DNA from: Candidatus Magasanikbacteria bacterium CG11_big_fil_rev_8_21_14_0_20_39_34 | GTDB taxonomy: Bacteria > Patescibacteriota > Patescibacteriia > Magasanikbacterales > UBA922 | Length of the DNA: 64,000 bases | Assembly: GCA_002787355.1 (NCBI GenBank) | Contig: PCWN01000007.1 | Span: 315,552-379,551 of the forward strand | Direction of reading: 5' to 3' | Part shown: positions 9,320 to 18,697 of the stretch, in pieces | Numbering within the stretch: position 1 is the first letter of the stretch | Layout: the number at the start of each line of letters is the position of its first letter | The notes under the pieces: model-generated | What the model was told of the DNA's origin: nothing | Database searches by the model: none | Seen by the model: only the letters and a program-made list of their open reading frames with translations | Program-made: the position numbers and the translations under genes

Positions 9320-9904
9320 ATGAAAAGATGTAGCTGGGTGTCTTTGGATCCACTCTATATTCAATATCACGATAAAGAATGGGGCGTTCCCATTTTTCAG
9401 GACAGAAAACTCTTTGAACTTCTTATCCTAGAAGGAGCTCAAGCAGGTCTCTCTTGGTTTACCGTACTCAAAAAGAGAAAAAATTATCAAAAAGCCTTTG
9501 ATAATTTTAACTACAAAAAAATAGCCCTCTACTCTAAAAAACAGGAGCAAGCACTCCTAAAAAATGAAGGGATAATCCGTAACAAGTTAAAGATTTCATC
9601 CACCATTAAAAATGCTCAAGTTTTTCTGGATATTCAGAAGGAATTTGGAAGTTTTCATAATTATCTTTGGGGTTATGTCCAGGGGAAACCTCTTCAAAAC
9701 AAAAGAAAAAGTACACGTGAAATTCCAGCATCCACTCCTCTTTCCGATACCATATCACGTGATCTCAAAAAGAGAGGTATGAACTTTGTGGGATCTACCA
9801 TCATCTATGCTTATCTACAAGCAATAGGTATTGTGAATGACCACGAAGTAAGCTGCTTTCGATATAAACAATTAAAAAATAGCAAAACAGAAATTATTAG
9901 ATAA
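9320..9904 (+). CDS. tag: DNA-3-methyladenine glycosylase I
   Basis: RCSW, YHDKEWG, LEGAQAGLSW, IIRNKLKI, NDHEVSCF. Confidence 0.96.
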   Translation: MKRCSWVSLDPLYIQYHDKEWGVPIFQDRKLFELLILEGAQAGLSWFTVLKKRKNYQKAFDNFNYKKIALYSKKQEQALLKNEGIIRNKLKISSTIKNAQVFLDIQKEFGSFHNYLWGYVQGKPLQNKRKSTREIPASTPLSDTISRDLKKRGMNFVGSTIIYAYLQAIGIVNDHEVSCFRYKQLKNSKTEIIR

Positions 9905-9966
9905 TTTTTTCTTTTTCTGCTATAATATACCCATAAATTAGACCTTACTGAACTTTTGCATTCTTT

Positions 9967-10518
9967 ATGCAATATAAAGACAACGATCCAAATCCTCAAA
10001 AGGCATACCCATCTGCTGAAACACAACCATCCGCACCAGAACGGCAGGAATTTACAGAAAAAGCTCCTAACACAGCAAAACAAGAATTTGCTGATTTTGC
10101 TGTAGAACAAAAAGAATCCAAAGAAAACTCAGAAAAAGAAAACAATTTTTTAGGTGATGCACTTCGAGAAATCCGAAATAAACTTTCCAGAAACCAAAAG
10201 AAAAAAACTGTTGTTTTTCCAAAACATAAAGACCAACTTACTGAAGAAATAGAAAAAATTATGTCAGAAGGCCTTGGTGATACCTTCAAACAACTGGATC
10301 GTGTACAACAGATGGAATTTAAACTTAAGGGTGAAGAAACTGCCTATAAAATCCGTCAAATTCTTCAATCTTCCCATGTCCGAATGAAAAACATTTTTCG
10401 ACTTCTCCTCGAATGGCTCAAAATGCTTCCTGGAATAAACCGTTTTTTCCTGGAACAAGAAGCAAAAATTAAAGCAGAACACCTCCTTCATTTGCGCGAA
10501 AAGCATAAAAAGCACTGA
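9967..10518 (+). CDS. Conserved hypothetical protein (CPR-type, upstream of VirD4-like ATPase)
   Basis: C-terminal WLKMLPGINRFFLEQEAKIK; 2-nt gap to next gene. Confidence 0.7.
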   Translation: MQYKDNDPNPQKAYPSAETQPSAPERQEFTEKAPNTAKQEFADFAVEQKESKENSEKENNFLGDALREIRNKLSRNQKKKTVVFPKHKDQLTEEIEKIMSEGLGDTFKQLDRVQQMEFKLKGEETAYKIRQILQSSHVRMKNIFRLLLEWLKMLPGINRFFLEQEAKIKAEHLLHLREKHKKH

Positions 10519-10520
10519 GT

Positions 10521-13106
10521 ATGTCCTTTTTTCTTGTTAATTTCACCCTTTCTTCATCTAACCTTGCAAACGCGCAAACAGTTCTTCGTGATCCACTCAC
10601 TTTGAACCTCATTATCTTAGCAGGAATAGTTATTCTCTTTTTGACTCTTCTCTTTTTGCTTAGATCAATCCTCCATGCTTCAGCACGACAAAAAAGAATT
10701 TTTGATCGTGTTATACTGCAGGTTTTAGTACCAAAGGAAAGAAAATCTGAAGGACAAGGTGGTCAAGTTGGTCAAGAAGACCGGCTTGAGCATATCAAAG
10801 AAGAAGTTGGAATTACTGAAACCTTTCTTTCTACCATTGCAGGAATTAAATCCCAACGAGGCTTTATCCGTTGGCTTACCGGATCCAATGATTACTTTTC
10901 TTTTGAGATTGTAGCTAAAAATGGTCTTATCTATTTTTATATTGATACACCAAAAAAGAAAAAGAATCTCATTGAACAACAAGTACATGCCCAATTCCCC
11001 TATGCGCAAATTGATCAAATGATAGACTATAACCTTTTTGAAAAAGACAGTACCGTGGTAGGAGGATATCTCACCACAACAAACAAAGAATTTCTTCCTA
11101 TAAAAACCTACAAGGATCTTGATTCTGATCCCATGGCATCCATCCTGAACTCTCTTGCAAAAATTACTGGGAATGCACAAGGTTCTGCCGCGGTTCAATA
11201 CGTCGTGCGAAGTGCGTCAAAGAGTTGGAGAAGAAAAGGAGCATCAGTAGTTCGTGAAGTAAAAAAAGGAGAAAAATTTGAAAATGTCCTAAACGCATCT
11301 TCTTTTGGAAAAATTTTTAGTACTCTTTTTAAAGAACTCGGAGAATTGGCAAGCCCCAAAAAGAATGACCCAACGGATAAAGAAGAAAAATATCAGCTTT
11401 CTTCCATGGAAGAAGAAATGCTCAAAAAGATTGAAGAAAAACTTACCAAAGGTGGATTAAGCATCACCGTTCGCATCCTCAGTGTATCCAATAATACAGA
11501 AACTGCACAGATCAACCTCGATAACCTTATTAACTCTTTTTCGCAGCTTAATCTATACCGGTTTGGAAATAGTTTTCAAGCCGTTATCCCACGAAACCAA
11601 ACAAAACTCATTCGTGATTTTATTTACAGAACTTTTGACGAAAAACGAAAAATTCTCCTCAATACTGAAGAGTTTTCTTCTATATGGCATCTTCCACTCC
11701 ACTCTACCGAAACACCAAATATCAAATGGCTTGGTGGTCGCAAATCCCCTCCTCCCCCAAACCTTCCCAAAGAAGGCCTCCTTATGGGTCATATTCCATA
11801 CCGTAGTACCGATACCCAAGTGTTCATGAAAGAGGCAGATAGAAGACGCCATCTCTATATCATTGGAAAGTCTGGTTCCGGAAAATCCGTCCTGATTTCA
11901 AACCTTGCTATACAAGACATTCAAAATAATAAGGGTGTCTGTGTTGTAGACCCTCATGGAGATCTGGTAGAAGATATCCTTGGACATATTCCCAAACACA
12001 GAGTTGATGATGTTATCGTATTTAACCCTTCTGATCTTGAACGACCTATTGGGCTCAATATGCTTGAAGCAAGGAGTGATGACCAAAAAGACTTTGCTGT
12101 TCAAGAAATGATTGGAATTTTTTATAAGCTCTTTCCACCAGAAATGATTGGTCCAATGTTTGAGCACCAAATGAGAAATGTGATGCTTACCCTTATGGCA
12201 GATTTGGAGAATCCTGGAACAGTTATTGATATTCCCCGTATGTTTACCGATGACTCGTATGTAAAACAATATCTCGTAAAATTAAAAGATCCGGTGGTCC
12301 GTGCCTTCTGGGAAAAAGAAATGGCCAAAACCAGTGATTTTCATAAATCAGAAATGCTTGGATATCTGGTTTCAAAAGTAGGACGTTTTGTTGGAAATGA
12401 AATGATGAGAAACATCATGGGACAACAAAGATCCGGATTTAGTTTCCGGGATGCTATGGACCAACAAAAGATTCTTCTGGTAAATTTGGCAAAAGGGACA
12501 ACCGGAGAAGTAAATTCCAAGCTTATTGGTCTTATTGTAGTGGCAAAATTACAAATGGCAGCTATGGGTCGTGCAGACATGGATGAAAGTATGCGTAAAG
12601 ATTTTTATCTCTATATAGATGAGTTCCAAAACTTTACCACCGACTCTATTTCCACTATTCTTTCTGAGGCTCGTAAATATCGCCTTGATCTTATTATTGC
12701 CCATCAATATATGGGCCAGCTTATAGATGACAAAGGAAAATCAGATATCAAAGATGCCGTTCTTGGAAACGTTGGTACCATGTGTGTAGGACGTATTGGT
12801 CCAGAAGATGCAGATATTCTTGCAAAGGAGTTTGCTCCCACTTTTGGTGCCTATGACCTCCTCAATCCACCGCAGTACTCCTACTATGCAAAAGTACTCA
12901 TAGATAATGAAACGACCCGTCCTTTTAATATGCTCGCCTATCCGCCCAAGGAAGGAAACCGAGAACTCGCCAAGGCTATAAAAGAGCTCTCACGCTTGAA
13001 ATATGGGCGTGATAGACGTATAGTAGAGGCAGAGATACTTGAACGAACAAAATTGGGACAATCTGAAGGCGCCGCAAAGACAGATATGATAGAAGCTTCA
13101 CTCTAA
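10521..13106 (+). CDS. TraG/VirD4-HerA-like ATPase with N-terminal TM
   Basis: RRHLYIIGKSGSGKS Walker A, VVDPHGDL, LYIDEFQNF, SEARKYRL, AHQY. Confidence 0.88.
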   Translation: MSFFLVNFTLSSSNLANAQTVLRDPLTLNLIILAGIVILFLTLLFLLRSILHASARQKRIFDRVILQVLVPKERKSEGQGGQVGQEDRLEHIKEEVGITETFLSTIAGIKSQRGFIRWLTGSNDYFSFEIVAKNGLIYFYIDTPKKKKNLIEQQVHAQFPYAQIDQMIDYNLFEKDSTVVGGYLTTTNKEFLPIKTYKDLDSDPMASILNSLAKITGNAQGSAAVQYVVRSASKSWRRKGASVVREVKKGEKFENVLNASSFGKIFSTLFKELGELASPKKNDPTDKEEKYQLSSMEEEMLKKIEEKLTKGGLSITVRILSVSNNTETAQINLDNLINSFSQLNLYRFGNSFQAVIPRNQTKLIRDFIYRTFDEKRKILLNTEEFSSIWHLPLHSTETPNIKWLGGRKSPPPPNLPKEGLLMGHIPYRSTDTQVFMKEADRRRHLYIIGKSGSGKSVLISNLAIQDIQNNKGVCVVDPHGDLVEDILGHIPKHRVDDVIVFNPSDLERPIGLNMLEARSDDQKDFAVQEMIGIFYKLFPPEMIGPMFEHQMRNVMLTLMADLENPGTVIDIPRMFTDDSYVKQYLVKLKDPVVRAFWEKEMAKTSDFHKSEMLGYLVSKVGRFVGNEMMRNIMGQQRSGFSFRDAMDQQKILLVNLAKGTTGEVNSKLIGLIVVAKLQMAAMGRADMDESMRKDFYLYIDEFQNFTTDSISTILSEARKYRLDLIIAHQYMGQLIDDKGKSDIKDAVLGNVGTMCVGRIGPEDADILAKEFAPTFGAYDLLNPPQYSYYAKVLIDNETTRPFNMLAYPPKEGNRELAKAIKELSRLKYGRDRRIVEAEILERTKLGQSEGAAKTDMIEASL

Positions 13107-13136
13107 TATTAAAAATGTTTTAAAATAAAAACAAAT

Positions 13137-13844
13137 ATGCAAAACACAAACCCAAATAACGATTTTTTTTCTGACGACTCATCCTCTTTTCTCTCAACTC
13201 CTCCACAGACACTTCCCCCAGATGACCAAATAATGGAATCATCTTCAATGCCGGTAATGCAAAATTTTATATCCCCCGAACCTGCCTCTGTTATTTCGGC
13301 AGAACCTTCAGAAAATAATCAGAACGAAGTGGTGGACACCCATGAGTTTGTCTCCATGATTCACGGAATGCAGGATCAACTTGATGCCATGTTGAAGATG
13401 ATTTCCGGTCGCTCCATTCCACGAATAAAGAATTCCAAACAAAAAATACACGCTGAAGACTTTTCATCCAACGAACGCATAGTAGAAGGAGTATTTAATG
13501 GTGAAAAGATGGTTGGTCCAGATGGAGAAGAATTTTCTATTCCACCAAACTACGCCAGTAAATCAAAACTGGTTGAAGGGGATCTCATGAAACTTACCAT
13601 TTCTCAAAATGGAAGCTTTATTTATAAACAAACCAGTCCTGTTCCACGAAAAAGATTAGTTGGAGAACTGGTATCCAATAGCGATAACGGTCACTGGAAT
13701 GCTATCGCCTCCGGACGAACGTATCAACTCCTTACCGCATCCGTGACTTTCTTCAAAGGCAAGCCCGGAGATGAAGTTATCCTTTTGGTGCCAGAAGATG
13801 GTCAAAGTTCCTGGGCGGCAGTAGAAAATATAATCAATAAGTAG
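13137..13844 (+). CDS. Conserved hypothetical protein
   Basis: Low-complexity N-terminus, then EGVFNG..PPNYASKSKLVEGD beta-rich domain seen in CPR. Confidence 0.7.
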   Translation: MQNTNPNNDFFSDDSSSFLSTPPQTLPPDDQIMESSSMPVMQNFISPEPASVISAEPSENNQNEVVDTHEFVSMIHGMQDQLDAMLKMISGRSIPRIKNSKQKIHAEDFSSNERIVEGVFNGEKMVGPDGEEFSIPPNYASKSKLVEGDLMKLTISQNGSFIYKQTSPVPRKRLVGELVSNSDNGHWNAIASGRTYQLLTASVTFFKGKPGDEVILLVPEDGQSSWAAVENIINK

Positions 13845-13847
13845 TCC

Positions 13848-14672
13848 ATGAAAGAATCAAGAGAGATTCAAAAAAAACTCCAAACATTGCTTACCCCACA
13901 CAATGTCCTCCTCGGAGGAAGTCTGATACGCGGGGAATCAACACCCCACTCGGATGTTGATTTTTTTGTCGTGCCCAAAAATCTTTGGTCACTTTTTTTT
14001 ATTATCAGAAAAAAGCAAAGCATTCAAAAGCTTGCAGAACTTCATGTATGCTTTCCCAAATGGATTCAAAAGCACTTTTACTATGTGTATGGAAAGAATG
14101 TAGATGGCATGCTCACAAAGATTACTCCCCTGCCCCATGTTGCAGCATATAACTGTGCCATGATGTGCACTATTTTGCTCATGGAAGCCTCTATTGCCCT
14201 TGTGGATAACCACCTTACTGAAGCCAATCATATTTCTCAAAAACTCAAAAAAAATGTTCTGCTCTTAAAATATTTTCTTCAGATGAAAGAAGACAAAAAA
14301 TTGGAAAAAGGAGGACCTCTTTTTAACTTTGAACAAGATGATATTTTTTCTTTGTCTACACTCTCAAATCTCACGACAAAAGAAATTGATGTACTATTTT
14401 CTGAAATAAACTCAAAAAAAATAAAGGAAGTTTCTACCTATGTAACTCGTATTTTAGAGACTTATTTTTTGCACAAAAAGTCTCCTCTTCTTTTGGAATC
14501 ATTTTCAACTTTGGACCTCCTCCGCAAAGGAGACTTTCACACTCCCAAACGCTACTTTAATAAAAAGTGGGTTGAAAAAATAAATACAGCAATACAAAAT
14601 GAACAACACAATGAAATAAAAACATACCTAAGCCTAGCACAAAAAAAGCTCATCCACTGGATTACAATATAA
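13848..14672 (+). CDS. Pol-beta-type nucleotidyltransferase domain protein
   Basis: GGSLIRGESTPHSDVDFF (GS..DxD). Confidence 0.7.
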   Translation: MKESREIQKKLQTLLTPHNVLLGGSLIRGESTPHSDVDFFVVPKNLWSLFFIIRKKQSIQKLAELHVCFPKWIQKHFYYVYGKNVDGMLTKITPLPHVAAYNCAMMCTILLMEASIALVDNHLTEANHISQKLKKNVLLLKYFLQMKEDKKLEKGGPLFNFEQDDIFSLSTLSNLTTKEIDVLFSEINSKKIKEVSTYVTRILETYFLHKKSPLLLESFSTLDLLRKGDFHTPKRYFNKKWVEKINTAIQNEQHNEIKTYLSLAQKKLIHWITI

Positions 14673-14695
14673 AAAAGCCCCAAATGGGGCTTTTT
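14672..14695. terminator. Bidirectional terminator
   Basis: AAAAAGCCCCA-aa-TGGGGCTTTTT between convergent genes. Confidence 0.8.
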
Positions 14696-14709
14696 CTATG
14701 GATTCAATC

Positions 14710-14979
14710 TTATTTTTTGTCTGGATCAGTAATGTGTGGAGTAACCAGTTTGGTCATTTCAAACATGGTAACTTCTTTCTTTCCAAAAAGAGGCATCAAA
14801 AGATCATCTGCAAAAATGTTTCTTTTGTTCTTTGGGTTCTGAAGATCATGCTTCTTAATGTATTCCCAAAGTTTCTTTACAACTTGAGAACGTGGCATTG
14901 GACCTTTTCCAACAACTGCCTCAAGCTCTGGTGATAGATTAAGTGGCTTGAGCAAAGCAGGGTTTGCTTTTCTTGGCAT
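14710..14979 (-). CDS. Stand-alone SWIB/MDM2 domain protein
   Basis: LSPELEAVVG..RSQVVKKLWEYIKKHDLQNPKNKRNI. Confidence 0.93.
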   Translation of the reverse strand: MPRKANPALLKPLNLSPELEAVVGKGPMPRSQVVKKLWEYIKKHDLQNPKNKRNIFADDLLMPLFGKKEVTMFEMTKLVTPHITDPDKK

Positions 14980-15018
14980 AAAAAAGACATTAAAAATGAA
15001 TTACACTATTTCGCATAG

Positions 15019-15047
15019 AGTATAGCATGGGAAAGAAATCCTGACAA
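15019..15047 (-). promoter_or_regulatory. sigma70 promoter of the SWIB gene
   Basis: TTGTCA-17-TATACT with extended -10 TG. Confidence 0.6.
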
Positions 15048-15161
15048 GTGACCCTGTATATTCCCCTGCTTTACGAACCATTTCTTTTCCTATATACTTT
15101 GAAGAGTAACAACCAAAAATGAAGGAGACTCAAGCCTGATTTTTACCTGATTTTGAACCCT

Positions 15162-16730
15162 ATGGCCCTCTACCACAAGCACAGACCACAATCTTTTCAT
15201 GATATTGCAGGACAACTTCACATTGTTCAGACCATTACAAACCAAATCAAATCAAATAAGATTTCCCATGCCTATCTTTTTTCAGGTCCTCGTGGAGTTG
15301 GAAAAACAACACTGGCACGTGTATTTGCAAAATCCATCAACTGCAAAAAAATGGATGGCTCAGAATTTGAACCGGATAATACCACCCAAGATGCCATAGA
15401 AATTACCTCAGGCAGATCCATTGATGTGATTGAGATAGATGCTGCCAGTAACACGGGTGTAGATAATGTCCGTGAGAATATCATTGAGAATGTTCAATTT
15501 CGCCCTACAAAGCTTCCCTACAAGGTTTTCATCATAGATGAGGTCCACATGCTCTCAACTAGTGCATTTAATGCCCTTCTCAAAACATTGGAGGAACCCC
15601 CCAAGCATGCCATATTTATTTTGGCGACGACAGAAATTCATAAACTTCCCAAAACGATTGTTTCTCGTTGTCAGGTCTTTCAATTTGAAAAACTCTCTTT
15701 CCCGGTCCTCAAAGAGTATCTTCTCAAAATTGCAAAGGAAGAAGATATCACCCTTGAGGATGCACTCCTGGACGCTATTATTTACAAAAGTGATGGATGT
15801 GCAAGAGACGCCATAAATCTATTGGATCAAATGATGTCTACTGGTGAAAAAAATATCACTTTTGATATTGCTTCCGCACTTTTGCCAAGTGCATCTAAAA
15901 ACGATATTCTAAAACTTCTTTTTTCACTTTCTCAAAAAGATCTTCGTGAATCCGTTGAAGCCATACACGCGCTCCAAGCACAAAATATTCATGTAAATTT
16001 TGCTTTTGAAGAATCCATCACCATTTTGCGACATGCACTCTTACTCAGTATTAATCAAAATGATTCAGAATACATAAAACTTGAGTACGAACAAACCGCT
16101 CTTTCTCTTCTCACACAGATTGTAGATCATCTTTCCCGTCAAGATATGATTTGCCTTCTTGATCTTCTCCTCAAACGAAAAACAGAAACCAAAACGGCAC
16201 CTATCCCCTATCTCCCGCTGGAAATTCTTGCCGTGGAATGGTGTGAACCCGTAACCACGAAGACCAAACCTCCCGAAATACAAACTCCTGTACCCAAGAA
16301 AACGGAATCCAAAATAGAAAAGCTGGTCCACAAGGTAGAAGAAAAAGTGGAAGAAATAGTTGCTTCACCTCCCCCCGACAAAATAGAACCACTTTCTTCT
16401 CAACCTTCCTCTGTCTTACTTTCTGATGTTCAAAAAAAATGGCCTGAGTTTTTGAAACTGGTAGAAAAAGAAGCACCCTCACTGTGTTTTATCCTCCAAA
16501 ATTCAGAGATTCTCTCTCTTGAAAATAATACCATACAGGTTTCTGTAGAATATGCTTTTCACAGAGACAAGATAGAACAGGTTCAAACCAAACAAAAACT
16601 TGAAAAGGCGCTTGCGGAGGCCATAGGAGCTACATTGTATATTGAGCCACAAGTTCTTATGAAAGATGCAGAAAAACAAAAAAAAGAACTTGATGGACTT
16701 GCCAACCTTATTGGTGGTGAAGTCCTTTAG
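15162..16730 (+). CDS. dnaX: DNA polymerase III subunit gamma/tau
   Basis: GPRGVGKTT, EIDAASN, IIDEVHMLS, SRC. Confidence 0.97.
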   Translation: MALYHKHRPQSFHDIAGQLHIVQTITNQIKSNKISHAYLFSGPRGVGKTTLARVFAKSINCKKMDGSEFEPDNTTQDAIEITSGRSIDVIEIDAASNTGVDNVRENIIENVQFRPTKLPYKVFIIDEVHMLSTSAFNALLKTLEEPPKHAIFILATTEIHKLPKTIVSRCQVFQFEKLSFPVLKEYLLKIAKEEDITLEDALLDAIIYKSDGCARDAINLLDQMMSTGEKNITFDIASALLPSASKNDILKLLFSLSQKDLRESVEAIHALQAQNIHVNFAFEESITILRHALLLSINQNDSEYIKLEYEQTALSLLTQIVDHLSRQDMICLLDLLLKRKTETKTAPIPYLPLEILAVEWCEPVTTKTKPPEIQTPVPKKTESKIEKLVHKVEEKVEEIVASPPPDKIEPLSSQPSSVLLSDVQKKWPEFLKLVEKEAPSLCFILQNSEILSLENNTIQVSVEYAFHRDKIEQVQTKQKLEKALAEAIGATLYIEPQVLMKDAEKQKKELDGLANLIGGEVL

Positions 16731-16738
16731 AGAAAAAC

Positions 16739-17725
16739 ATGAAATCCTCCATTCTTACTTTATGTATAATTTTCTGTGCCCTCTTTGGAGGTATTTCTTT
16801 TGTGTCTGCAACAAATTTACCCGTACCCTTTACCATACAAGCCCCCGATGAACACTGGAGAGAGCCTTGGGAAAATGCCTGTGAAGAAGCCACACTCACG
16901 ATGGTAAACCTCTATTACCAAATGGCAATACCACAAAGAACTATACCTGTAGATCAGGCCATTGCAGAGATTCTTCGTGTTTTTCGTATAAAAAATGCTA
17001 CTCTTGGCACCAGTTTTGATGAGAATGCAGAAAAAATAACTTTTCTTATAAATAACTATTTCCCTTTTGAAGCCTACACGGTAGAAAACCCAACCCTGGA
17101 ACAGATAAAGGCAGAAATAGATGCTCAAAGACCGGTTATAGGACTCTTCTATGGACGAGATCTTCACAACCAATATTTTCGTGATGGTGGACCTGCGTAC
17201 CATACCTTCCCCATAAGTGGTTATGATGATGAAAAACAGGAGTTTATTGTTCAAGAGACGGGTACACGCCATGGTCTTGACTTTCGCTATTCTTATGCTA
17301 CAATAATGCGTGCTATCCACGATTTTGTGCCCCACAATGTACAAAATAGTCCCAAAAGGATCATCTTTACCCGCACCATGACCGCGGAAACTCGTAATCT
17401 GGATGCAGATAAAGATGGACTTTCAAAAAGTGAAGAAATACTGTCAGGAACGGATATGTTTCTTCCCGATACGGACTTTGACGGATTTTCGGATGGTATT
17501 GAGGTAAAATATGACTACTCTCCAAAAATTGCAGAGTTGAAACTTCCCACAGGAACCCTCATAAAAAGCAAACATGCTCCAAGTGTGTATCTCCTTGACG
17601 GAAGGAGCAAAAGATTGATTCTCTCTGAAAAAGCTTTTTTAGAGAGAGGATATAAATGGGAAAATATTTTAGATGTCAGTGATGGATTTTTGCGTAGGCT
17701 CAGTGATGGAGCCAATATAGAATAA
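16739..17725 (+). CDS. Secreted C39-like cysteine peptidase with Ca-binding DxDxDG repeats
   Basis: Signal peptide; QAP..NACEEA Cys, YHT His; DADKDGLS, DTDFDGFSD. Confidence 0.75.
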   Translation: MKSSILTLCIIFCALFGGISFVSATNLPVPFTIQAPDEHWREPWENACEEATLTMVNLYYQMAIPQRTIPVDQAIAEILRVFRIKNATLGTSFDENAEKITFLINNYFPFEAYTVENPTLEQIKAEIDAQRPVIGLFYGRDLHNQYFRDGGPAYHTFPISGYDDEKQEFIVQETGTRHGLDFRYSYATIMRAIHDFVPHNVQNSPKRIIFTRTMTAETRNLDADKDGLSKSEEILSGTDMFLPDTDFDGFSDGIEVKYDYSPKIAELKLPTGTLIKSKHAPSVYLLDGRSKRLILSEKAFLERGYKWENILDVSDGFLRRLSDGANIE

Positions 17726-17734
17726 CAACATTAT

Positions 17735-17805
17735 TCGGGGATCGTCTAATGGTAGGACTCCAGGTTCTGGTCCTGGCTATCGGGGTTCGAGTCCCTGTCC
17801 CCGAG
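17735..17805 (+). tRNA. tRNA-Gln(CTG)
   Basis: Acceptor TCGGGGA/TCCCCGA, D-loop TAATGGTA, anticodon arm CCAGG-TTCTGGT-CCTGG, T-arm GGTTCGAGTCC; CCA not encoded. Confidence 0.96.
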
Positions 17806-18299
17806 CAAGCAAGGGTGAGCAGGCACGAGAGTGCCTGTTTTCTTGTATTCTGAGCCATTTTTTAGAAGTTCGGAAGTTGCGTTTAGCTTGGGCATCCATT
17901 CAGCCAAAAACTGATATGCTGGTGTCGCTGTTACGTGTACTTCGCGTTCAAGCGTGAGTTCCATATGAGAGAAAAAACGGGACAATAAGAGACGTTTTTC
18001 TTCGGGTGAGGTTTGTCTTCTCGTGCGTTAAATGCGAGCCTGTGAATCTCTAGCCCTACTTCGTAGTAGTTATCGACCCGATCTTCGAGATTTTCAAGCT
18101 GTTTCAAAATAGAGCGTTTCTCACGTTTGTAATCATCCGCTTTTCTCTTGTAATACTCGTCGGTTATCACGCCGTCCAGCCTGTCCTCGTACATTTTGTC
18201 GAGACGACCCTCGAGCCTCTCTATAGCCTCGTTGAGCTGTTTGCGTGATGTCATGGAATAATCCGTCTTGTCTTGGTTCTTTTCCTTGAGAGCCTCGTT
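17746..18299 (-). pseudogene. C-terminal remnant of a large serine recombinase
   Basis: RLDKMYEDRLDGVITDEYY coiled-coil, then frameshift to PEEKRLLLSRFFS..PAYQFL..ATSEL; no catalytic N-terminal domain. Confidence 0.7.
17866..17879 (+). repeat. 14-bp direct repeat, left copy
   Basis: AAGTTCGGAAGTTG identical to 24920-24933. Confidence 0.85.
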
Positions 18300-18343
18300 A
18301 TGTGATTGTTTATACAGACACCAGCGAGAAGAGAGGTCAAGCG

Positions 18344-18517
18344 TTATCGTTTATGCTTGGTCTTGTCGACCAATGTAAACTTCTTCGCTTCACCTGCATA
18401 CGGCGGAGCTGTTTCACCTTTGGTCAACGTGATTTCACGTCTAGTTCCTGACGGTCGATATTGACCCGAAACAGGTGCTTTGTGCCCCGTCGATGTTGTT
18501 ACCTTTTTGTTAGGCAT
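18344..18517 (-). CDS. YjzC-like small protein (57 aa, not in ORF track)
   Basis: Hand translation MPNKKVTTSTGHKAPVSGQYRPSGTRREITLTKGETAPPYAGEAKKFTLVDKTKHKR. Confidence 0.75.
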   Translation of the reverse strand: MPNKKVTTSTGHKAPVSGQYRPSGTRREITLTKGETAPPYAGEAKKFTLVDKTKHKR

Positions 18518-18559
18518 ACATTTTCGGTTAGCCGATGAATAAAACGGGTAGCGTCCGAC

Positions 18560-18584
18560 TTTTACTCCGCCCCGCGGAGTAAAA
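18560..18584. terminator. GC-rich hairpin between lexA and the YjzC-like gene
   Basis: TTTTACTCCGC-ccc-GCGGAGTAAAA. Confidence 0.55.
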
Positions 18585-18697
18585 ACCTCAATAGATTTGC
18601 ACTCCGGAGGGGGTAAAGTGAGCTGATCCGAGAGTATTCAAAGGGGGCTGAAATTATCTCGCTGGCATCTATATAAACAACTGATTGGAATGAACGC

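Noticed and set aside
10516-10518. Alternative genetic code (TGA recoding)
   Set aside because: TGA ends this gene 2 nt before the next start, and long genes are intact under code 11
13137-13844. Ribosomal protein L7/L12 label sometimes given to this family
   Set aside because: No L7/L12 motifs visible
16671-16690. A-run in dnaX as programmed -1 frameshift site
   Set aside because: Only about 15 codons from the stop, no downstream hairpin, and A-runs are ubiquitous here
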